64,000 nucleotides of DNA, from assembly GCF_009914755.1 (NCBI RefSeq), contig NC_060938.1; one strand, given 5' to 3'. Made by a program: the position numbers and the translations under genes. The notes below the pieces were generated by a model that did no database searches, was not told where the DNA came from, and saw only the letters and a list, made by a program, of their open reading frames with translations. Of this stretch, positions 50,440 to 64,000 are shown piece by piece. Within the stretch, counting starts at the first letter, position 1; each line of letters begins with the position of its first letter. Source of the stretch: the human T2T-CHM13v2.0 reference genome, Homo sapiens.

Positions 50440-50970
50440 CAGAAGGCTTTGCAGCGCCGCGGAGAACTCTGGGATACAAATGGATACACAAATCCAAAGC
50501 AAAAGTCTAGACCTGGGCCCGAGAAACAGCCTCTTAAGCCCCCCAGGTGCCTTCTTCGGCTCGTTTGTGTGCTTACCTTTCCTGGAGCTCCCGCCATCGG
50601 GAGCCTCACTAAGCCCCGCAAAGGCTGGGAACAGCGCCATGACCACAGGCCGTACCTCCGTTCTTCTCTATAGGGATGGCGCCGGCGAGCGAGCGCCGGT
50701 CTGAGGACCCCTGCCGTCGCGGTGCACTCTGGGAAATGTGGTTTTCGCGGCGCTCTCTGGGGCTTGACCCCGAAGCGGGAGGGGCGGGGCCCAGAGAGGA
50801 GGGTCGTCAAGGGACTGGGGCGCGGCGGGGCAGGGAGAGGCAGGGCAAAGCAGGGTGGGGCGGGGCCAAGGGGGGCGGAGCGAGGAGTGACGGGTTCCTA
50901 GTGGTTGGGACCCTGTGAGAACCGGAACTGCGAAAACCGGAGAAGGGAATTGTTGACCGCGAAAGGGACT
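50440..50970 (-). promoter_or_regulatory. CpG-island promoter of NRDE2 with GC boxes, ZNF143/SBS-type motif, E2F-like and ETS-like sites
   Basis: High CpG density; GGGCGG boxes at ~50781, 50857 and 50872; ACCACATTTCCCAGAGTGC (minus strand, 50724-50742); TTTCGCGG at 50743 and its inverse at 50957; CCGGAA at 50922. Confidence 0.85.
50577..50640 (-). CDS. NRDE2: NRDE2 coding exon 1 (MALFPAFAGLSEAPDGGSSRK)
   Basis: ATG in strong Kozak context GTC-ATG-G; donor AAG|GTAAGC; 64 nt, phase 1. Confidence 0.96.
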
Positions 50971-50979
50971 AAGGAAATT

Positions 50980-51155
50980 GGGATTCCAGTTCGACCCCTA
51001 AATTCACACCATCCTTGCTAACTGGGTCAACTTAAACGCTCTAAGCATTACTTTCCTTATCTGCAAAATATTGAGAAGATTAAATGAACATATTTATAAA
51101 GGGCCTAGCATTGAGTCCGGCCCATGAAAAGCACTTAATATGTGTTAGCTATTAT
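50980..51155 (+). mobile_element. MIR next to the promoter
   Basis: B-box-like GTTCGACCC, TTTCCTTATCTGCAAAAT core, TGTTAGCTATTAT end. Confidence 0.65.
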
Positions 51156-51689
51156 GTGAATTACGACTGCAAGTTCGGCTCAAAGTCATGTGAGATATCC
51201 GAACTTCAATCAGGTTACCATATTAAATACCCCAGAACAAGGAAAAATGGAAAGTCCCATCAAGTTCAAGGGTCTTTGATAGTTAGGAAATACCTGTCTG
51301 TGAAGCATTCTTGACCCCGGTTCCTCCCACCCAAAATCTAATCACACTTGCTACCAGAAATATAGAGAGTAAAGGAACAACTTAGAAGACTTTGTACTAC
51401 CAAGAAACAATTAGCCAAATCTAGAATATGGGAAATTATAGAAAACAACCGTGCTTCCTTAACATATCAAGGGCTTTAAGAGGGCAGGAGATTGTAATAG
51501 ATACGAAGATCTTACAGACACATCAAGCAAATACAACATATTTGTGGCCTCATTATAATTCTGATTGGACAAACTGTAAAAAGACCTTTTTAAGATAGAT
51601 GGAGAAATAAGAAGGTAGGCAGAGTACAAGCAATTCACAAGTAATTCTTGTGAATTCTGTTAGATGTACTAAAGTACTTATGTCACTGA

Positions 51690-52010
<321 letters not shown>

Positions 52011-52920
52011 TAAAGTTCTTATATATTAGAGATATATACTGAAATATTTGCAAGTGAAAATAGATAGGTAAATGAAGATATATTTATTGGGATCCTAGGG
52101 AGTTAAAGATCTTTAGTTAGGAAATACATTATAAACCAGAGATGCAAATGTAATCATCTAATCAAGGAATGGATGGACTCTGATGAAGTCTGCAGACCTG
52201 CATAAGAATTAGGTTCTATGAGTCCAAAATAGACACCCTTAATGCTTTGAAGTCCCTGGCAGAGTACTTACAAAAAGGAGCTTAGTATGACAATAGGGGC
52301 AGTAATTCCTGTATGTCTTCAACTTTAAATCTCAGGTTCTGCCAAAATCTTTGACTCTAAGTTACCTCAATTAATTGGGGCAGCATTTGTCTTTCTTAGC
52401 AGATCACTTCAGGTAACTGGGATGGAAATAGTCTATCCCAATGCCTCCTATCTTTCCACCCCAGAAAAGTAAGAATTAATATGGAAGTTTTAAGAAATTA
52501 AAACCATAATAATAATGTTTCTGTAATACAAAGGAATCTGGGTATACTAGGTATATTGTGTACTTACAAATGTATAAGAGAATGTTGCTCAAGAGACCCT
52601 CCTCATAAGAACAACTGAAAGTGTATAATCAAGTAACTGATACAGACTCCTGGTTTTAAGTTAAAATCTTTTTGTGTTTGTTTTGTTTTTGAGACAAGAT
52701 CTCCTCTCTCGCCCAGGCTGGAGTGCAGTGGTGCGATCATGGCTCACTCCAGTCTCGACCATCTGCCTCAGCACCCCGAAGTGCTGGGATTATAGGTGTG
52801 AGCCACCATGGCCGGCAGTAAATTGAAATCTTAATGAGGTTTAAGCAGTTTCAGGATATCCAAGAGAATCTAAAGCTCGCCATATTTGTAAGTGTAATTG
52901 GTTAGCTTTATAAGAATAAT

Positions 52921-53083
52921 GGGGTCCTATTGCAGGAGCATGAGGGAGGCTGAAGATTCCATTTCGAGGCAGCTCTGAGCTCACGAAATAGACACCATGA
53001 GCAAAGCTCACCCTCCCTAGTTGAAAAAAGCTTTTGGACAAGAAGTTAGAAGCCTTAGAATGAGTATAAATAATGGCTGTTCA
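52921..53083 (+). pseudogene. Processed pseudogene fragment of SNRPG (Sm G) with internal deletion
   Basis: 5'UTR-like leader, then ATG AGC AAA GCT CAC CCT CCC TAG TTG AAA AAA (MSKAHPP*LKK) ...GACAAGAAGTTA fused to GAAGCC TTA GAA TGA GTA TAA ATAATGGCTGTTCA (EALE*V-stop plus 3'UTR start); matches both ends of SNRPG as I recall it. Confidence 0.88.
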
Positions 53084-53454
53084 ACAATAATAATAACAAT
53101 AGGAACAAACTACTGATACATACAACATGAATGAATCTCAAAATTGGTATGCTGGGTATAAAAAGCCAGGCACAAAGAGTGTTTACTGTGTTATTCTCTT
53201 TATACAAAATCCTAGAAAATACAAATTAATATATAGTGACAGAGAGTGGATCGGTGTTTCCCTTGCTCTGGGAACGAAGAGAGGGATATTCCACAGAGGG
53301 GTGTGGAGAATGTTTTGGGCTTGATGGAAATATTCTGACTCTTGTTTATGGTGGGGGTATCACAGGTGTGTAACTGACCAAGTTCTTAAAAGCTTAAGAA
53401 CAAACAAGGGTTTTCAATTTGTTTTTAATACATTGGATGCCAATCTTTTAAACA

Positions 53455-53975
<521 letters not shown>

Positions 53976-54520
53976 CAAACTTTTTATTATTAGAGTCAAC
54001 TAAAAGTAAACTTTTGAGTAGTCTTCTCTGCATTGAAAAACAATCGCAGAAAGAATAAAAACAACTCACTTTATTATTATTATTATTACTATTTCAATCT
54101 ATAGGCTTTGGGTATTTCCAGTGCATATGGCAGGGATTTCTCAGAATAAACAAAGATGTTTTCAGATAATGATTTGGCTTTGTATATAGCTTGACTAAAG
54201 GAAGGGACTGAATTTCTCAACCACTTTTAAGTATCTCTCTTCTTTGTGGCAGAAATAACTCACTCTAGACTGTTAAGTTGCTGTTTTGCATCTATCTCAT
54301 TCTCTGGGGTATTCTCATTAGCCTGTATTTGTCACAGATCTTGATCGCCTCTGGACCCTGACATGAGTGAATCTTTTCCCTGAAGATGGCAGGAAGGAAA
54401 AGGAAAAACAAAAACAAAAACAAAAACAAAAATCCTGCAAGAGAGAAATGTGAAAAGAGGCTTTGTTTTAGTTGCAGAGGAGTTGGATAAGAGTTTTGAT
54501 CTTAATAAAGCAGGCAGCTA

Positions 54521-54886
<366 letters not shown>

Positions 54887-54956
54887 CTATAGAAAACAAC
54901 CTTTAGGTTATTCCAGAAGACATGATATGAACAAAAGGATCGGCAAGAGGCAGCTA

Positions 54957-55184
<228 letters not shown>

Positions 55185-57084
55185 TTAAGTAAAACTAAAA
55201 AAGGAAAAAGGAATAGGTAGTGAACATGTTTTATTTTGTTTAACTGGCAGGCTCCTTTCTGAATCCACAAGAAGTCCTATCAGTACAATGTGGTCTGGCT
55301 GTCCCAGCCCCATCTGACAGGTTAGGGTAAGTGCATGACCCAGCTCGGTCATGTCCTTAGTTGATAGGTGCTCAACCCAGCTCTGACCCAAGCCAGGCCA
55401 AGCAAAGTTCTTTTCCATGAATTTTGAAACTAGAACTGAAAAGGAAAAAGTTGTCTGTCTTTGTGTGTCTAGACTGCAAGATATAATAGTCCAGGAGCTG
55501 GTGGAGAAGCAGAGTAAACTGCCTGTAGAGAGAAGATAAAACCAGGAGTGAGCTGGACAGGACGGGCCCTGGGATTTTGGAACTCTAATTCTAATTCTCC
55601 CTGGAGCTCTGCTGCATTCCTATGCTTGGGTTCTAGGAAACCCAATATCAATATCATTATAATACATCTCACATTTCAGTAAACAAATTCTGCCACTTGC
55701 TACCAAGAGTCCTAAATGATACAAAATGAACAAGTGAATGAATAAATAAATGATACCATTTCCACACTCAAAGTCACAAACTCAGAACCTGAGGGTACTC
55801 CAATTATTAATAGTTCGAATGACAAATGACACTTTTAAAATGGTGTACTCAGAACATGTATAAACAAACTTCATTCACCTTAAGAGGGAAAGAATCCTCA
55901 CTCACTGATCAAGAAAACTGGAGAAACGGGTCTATCAACTCCATCAATCTTTAGGAATTTTCTGGTAGTTCCTATGAAGTCAAACAAAAGAAAATGTGCC
56001 CTTTGGACAGAAATATCAGCAAGGAAATAAAAGAGCCTGAGCCACTTCACTGGTGTGATCTTTTTTCTGTTTTATTTTATTTTGTTTTGTTTTGGGGTGA
56101 TGGGGGTCTCAGGTTGGAAATGTCTCAATATGTGGACACAATCCCAAGTAACAGATCTTCAGTCATAGCTAAACCAGCCTATTTATGCCTAACTCACAAT
56201 TCACGCACTCCAGAACCTGCTAAAATACGTAAGGTTATGCAGAAATTAGAGAAGAATGACACCAATAACACTTAATAACTATACCGCCATCTAGAATAAT
56301 CATTAAGAGAACCCTGCTTGGGTTTACTGTGCTATATGGAGGCTGGTGTATTCTGGGTGAGGACATTTTTAAGAGCCTTGGATAAGAGTGACTTTAACCA
56401 GAGTTTTAAAAGGTTAAGTCAGTATTCTTGGGTAGCTCACTCTTAAACTAGCCCCTCTTCCCAAAGTGCTCTGAAACAATTTTCAGCTTTCGTTGTGATT
56501 ATAGCTCTTCCAGAAAGTGATAGGTTTTATGTTATGTTGATAGTGAAAGAGATCAATGAAACAACACAAACCTCTTTTTAAAAAAATAATTAAAAAATAG
56601 GCAAATAGTTAAATCCCCACTGTTCAGGCTGCCTTTCTTTGACTAGAAAAATGACATTTTAAGAACTGGTTTGGTCCCAGTCTCCATTTAAAATCTCCTT
56701 TTTTGTTGTTGACTTTTGTCTCTCTGGCAATTCTCCTGGCTTGTGGGTGCCCATTTTTAAAGTGTGGCCAGAGGTATTGGCTGGTTCCTGTCTTCCGCCT
56801 TGTATTCCCATCTGCACCTCTCTTCATTGCCTCCTCTCATTGCCAAAAAGAGCAAAAGTGTGAGTTTTTTCACCTGTAAATTTCCAGTTACAGGAGAAAG
56901 TATCCAAATTAAATTTGTTTTCACCTTTTGCCTATTTATTTAGGAATACAGAGAGGAACTATTCTCTCCTACCATTTTAAGCATGATACAAGAAAAGTTT
57001 TCAATACATGAAAGTATAAAAAAGATGGGGAATGATCACCCATGTTTCCATTACCCAAAGACAAATATTATTTTGGAGTTTGTT

Positions 57085-57498
<414 letters not shown>

Positions 57499-57586
57499 TA
57501 ATTTGTTTCATCATAGTTGTGATTGCTCTTTCTCTTCATGTTATACAAAAGCCTTTCTGTTTTATTACAAACCTCATAAACATGTA

Positions 57587-57637
57587 GTATTAGGTTGGTG
57601 CAAAAGTAAGTGCGGTTTTTGCCATTCCTTTCAATGA
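57587..57637. mobile_element. MADE1 (Hsmar1-derived MITE) fragment
   Basis: TATTAGGTTGGTGCAAAAGTAAGTGCGGTTTTTGCCATT; only one terminal inverted repeat (TIR). Confidence 0.8.
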
Positions 57638-57815
57638 GGAATGGCATTGAAAGGATGTGTAATATTTCATTCAATAGATGGAATTACAACATACTTAACG
57701 ACTCCCTGTAGCTAGATATTTAGCAAACCTCACCTCTTATGTCATCTTATCAATATTATCTATGAGTTCTCTAAACTGTGAACTGGCTGGTCAGGATTGT
57801 CAATCATAGGATTTG

Positions 57816-58650
<835 letters not shown>

Positions 58651-59014
58651 CTAAGTGCCAAAGGTACATACGGGCATCTCAACCAACAAGTCTGCCTGAA
58701 GAGTTAAGTGCAAAGATGATCTATAAATGAACAAAGGATTACTACCAGCACTGCGGAGGTGGAGATTAACTCTGCCCCTTTGGAAGGCTCCAAGGAGATG
58801 GAGCTACTTACCTGGGTCTTACAAATGAGAAGTAGTTCCTGGGACAGACAAAGGAGAAAACAAACATAGGCAGAGAAAACAGCATGTGCAGAAGTCCCAG
58901 GTTATGAAACAGCAAGGTGTGTTCAAGGATCCTCAAGGGTTCTCTGGCTGCAATGTAATGGGAGAGGCTGGGGAGACTGCGAAGACTGTCTGGGATCAGG
59001 ACGTGAAGAAATCT

Positions 59015-60715
<1,701 letters not shown>

Positions 60716-60719
60716 TGCC

Positions 60720-61056
<337 letters not shown>

Positions 61057-61444
61057 TTATTTTGAGACGTTTTAAGTGAGGAAATATCAAATACTTGTGT
61101 CAGAAAAACCAATCTGCAGCAGTATAAAGAATGGATTAGACAGGGTAGAATATGAAGGGGGGTGTGTTGCAGATGGCTAGGAATCAGGATGATCAATAAA
61201 CCAGGCCAACATACAGTGATCAGGAGTGAGACTGTTCTTTTTGAGTTAACTTTTAGGACAACAGTGTGTTTAAGAGAATGAATTACAAACATCTCTGTGA
61301 AATACGTGTGTGCAGAGGCAGATGAAAGAGCAGCACCCCCAGGGGTTAGTTCTGCATGTGACCAGCCTGGCGTGGGACAGGAGGAACACAGCAGTTTATT
61401 GGCAACATATCGCTTTAGATTATTGGTGAGCTAAAGGATTTGGG

Positions 61445-62150
61445 TTTTTTTGTTTTTGTTTTTGTGTTTTGTTTTGTTTTTGAGACAGAGTGTCGCTCTG
61501 TTGCCAGGCTGGAGTGCGGTGGTACATCTCAGCTCACTGCAACCTCTGCCTCCCAGGTTCAAGCAATTCCCCTGCCTCAGTCTCCCAAGTAGCCAGGACT
61601 ACAGGCATGCGCCACCACGCCTGGCTAATTTTTTTTTTTTTTTTTTGTATTTTAGTAGAGACAGGGTTTCACCATGTTGGCCAGGATGGTCTTGATCTCC
61701 TGACCTCATGATCTACCCGCCTCGGCCTCCCAAAGTGCTGGAATTACAGGCGTGAGCCACCGTGCCCGGCTTGGATTTGGGTGTTTTAAAGATACGTTTT
61801 CCTTTTGAGTTTTTGGGAAGAATTTAAAGATACAAAATAATAAAACAGGCCAGATGCAGTGGCTCATGCCTATAATCCCAGCACTTTGGGAGGACAAGGT
61901 GGGCAGATCACTTGAGTCCAGGAGTTCGAGACCAGTTTGGGCAATGAGGCAAAACTCTGTCTCTACAAAAAATACAAAAATTACCCAGGTGTGGTGGTGC
62001 ACCCCTGTGGTCCCAGCTACTTGGGAGGATTGAGCCGGGGAGGTTTGAGGTTGCAGTGAGCCAAGATCACACCACTGCACTCCAGCCTGGGTGACAGAGT
62101 AAGACCCTCTCTCAAAAAATAAATTAATAAATAATAATAATAATAAAATA
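61445..62150. mobile_element. Head-to-head Alu pair (antisense 61445-61770, sense 61848-62150)
   Basis: Two full Alus about 77 bp apart. Confidence 0.88.
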
Positions 62151-62242
62151 AATGATAGAGTGCTCTCTCCCACCCCCAATTTAGCACATGCTAACATTTT
62201 CTTCACTTGTTCTATTTGTGCTTATTTGCTTTTTATTTAAAT

Positions 62243-62755
62243 CAATGGCTCTCAACATGATGGTGTGGGGAGTGGGGGTGCTGTGGGGGGGAGTGGGGGC
62301 GGCGTGGGGGGGAGTGGGGGCGGCGTGGGGGGGAGTGGGGGCGGCGTGGGGGGGAGTGGGGGCGGCGTGGGGGGTAGTGGGGACGCTGTGGGGGTAGTGG
62401 GGGCGCTGTGGGGGGGTAGTGGGGGTTGGTGTGGGGGGGAGTGGGGGCCGTGTGGGGGGGAGTGGGGGCGGTGTGGAGGGGAGTGGGGGCGGTGTGGGGG
62501 GAGTGGGGGCGCTGTGGGGGGGAGTGGGGGCGGTGTGGGGGGGAGTGGGGGCGGTGTGGGGGGAGCAATTTTATTTCCCAGGGGACATTTGGCAAAGGCT
62601 GGAGATACTTTTGGTTGTCACAATTTGGGGTGCTATTGGCATCTAGAGGGGAGTGGCCCGGGATGCTGCTGAACATCCTACAATGCCCAGGACTGCCCCA
62701 ACCACAAAGAATTATCTGGCCTCAAATGTCAATAGTGCTGAGACTGAGAAACTCC
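62243..62755 (+). mobile_element. MER20 hAT element hosting the minisatellite
   Basis: CAATGGCTCTCAAC... then CCCAGGGGACATTTGGCAA...GGATGCTGCTGAACATCCTACAATG...AATGTCAATAGTGCTGAG. Confidence 0.8.
62262..62563. repeat. G-rich minisatellite, ~21-bp unit GTGGGGGGGAGTGGGGGCGGC, about 14 copies
   Basis: Periodicity visible directly. Confidence 0.93.
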
Positions 62756-64000
62756 AATTTAAATAAAATACATAAAATATTATAGATAAAATCGAAGTCC
62801 CTTTGTACCCCTCCCCAAACCTGAACACACTTCCATCCACTGTCTCCCCCAAAGCAACCACTATCATGAGTTAGTTCTAAGGACAGAGGGGTTTTGTGTA
62901 TTCCAGCCAAATGGAATTCTGCAGATAAATCTACTTTTATAACTAGGGACAAAAACTCACTACATCAGCACATATTGGTATTGTACCTGATTGGTTTACC
63001 AACTAATTCAGTCCCAGGCATGACATCGCTTTCCCTTAGTGAAAAATCATCCCTATTTGCTTCTTATTTTGAAGGCGTTTTTGTATAGAAAGAATCAAAA
63101 TTCAAGTCAGGGCCCTTAAATTCAAAGACCTCAGCAATGAAATGTTGCATGGTGGTGACAGTCATTTAGACGAAGCAACATTCCTAGTGCAGTTCTCCAT
63201 CCTGCCTCATTAGAGATGCTTATGTCATGGACAGAACCTCCACAATGCAGCTTGATTGGCTTAAGCAGAAGACACAGATCTTTCCATGTTAGACTGAAAG
63301 GTGGCATCGAGGATGGAAATTCACCCCCTTATTTTTCACTATCCTCAAATGTTTAGCTAACGGATTCATCAGAACTAGTGAGAGCATAATGTCTTTCAAC
63401 ATCTCTCAGGAGTATCAAGCAGCTGATTGCAACTTTTCACATTCCCTCAGCATATGGGCTGTATAATCTACAGGGGATTCTGCAGAATATGCTGATAATG
63501 GTTTCCTCCTTGACCTTCAAGCTAATTATCAGCAGGGAATCTTTAATGCTTTAAAAATACATGTCGCTTATTTTGCTTGCAAGTCAGTGGTTTAATAAAT
63601 GCCAGCGTGTATGTTAAATTTTGTTAATGTTTAATATCTTTATCAGCCAAAGTGCATTAAAAATTAAAGGAAAATTAATTCCCACTTTCCCGTTTTTATG
63701 CTGTGGGGTAATGTTATTTTACATCGTGCTGTAGTGTTCTACAAATGGATGTTCAGTGCTTTGAATTAGTGAACTTGGTGATTTATTTACCACCTTGGGT
63801 GTTAGTCGTTACTTTTTCAATTACTGTAAACTTTATGCATCACAGCATGAGACTCTGAGAAAGCAGATAAACAGTGCTGGGGAGATTTTCTTTTAAATGG
63901 GATCACGTAATAAAGACAAAAGACTAAATTAGTATCTCTCATGTGCCAGCCAGCAACATTGGTTTCCATGTTTGTGAGCTTGTGAATAACCTTCCAGAAG

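Noticed and set aside
50260-50810. ORFs of 128 and 143 aa across exon 1
   Set aside because: Non-ATG starts or read-through of the exon 1 donor in GC-rich DNA; only 50577-50640 is supported
50980-51000. B-box-like GTTCGACCC suggesting a tRNA gene
   Set aside because: No cloverleaf or A-box context; it is the tRNA-derived head of a MIR
57587-57637. MADE1 as a miR-548-type hairpin
   Set aside because: Only one terminal inverted repeat is present, so no hairpin can form
62188-62785. Gly-rich and Pro/His-rich repetitive ORFs; superficially array-like repeat
   Set aside because: Translation of a tandem minisatellite; no unique spacers, so not CRISPR

Overview
Human (primate) genomic DNA, very rich in Alu elements. 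The window holds most of NRDE2 (C14orf102, nuclear RNAi-defective 2 homologue; recognised from the translated protein) on the minus strand. It has a CpG-island promoter at about 50.4-51.0 kb, the ATG at 50640, and coding exons 1-12, which splice in frame to 3297 nt (1099 codons). The last exons and stop codon lie left of the window. About 13 kb upstream of the promoter is intergenic and dominated by repeats. No prokaryote-type system (CRISPR, operon) is present, and I cannot claim a new biological system. The most notable observations are: (i) a ~200-bp unidentified retro-insert with AATAAA, poly(A) and a target-site duplication (TSD), nested in an Alu inside an LTR; (ii) an internally deleted SNRPG processed pseudogene 2.3 kb upstream of the promoter; (iii) non-canonical or weak splice sites in NRDE2 (a GC donor, a GAG acceptor, and an identical 14-mer at two consecutive donors), notable because NRDE2 is itself a splicing factor; (iv) an inverted Alu pair with an 11-nt spacer and a triplicated target site, plus a collapsed and scrambled inverted pair; (v) a young AluYb insertion; (vi) two long G-rich tracts. 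Exon coordinates were read base by base. Repeat boundaries and subfamilies are by-eye estimates.
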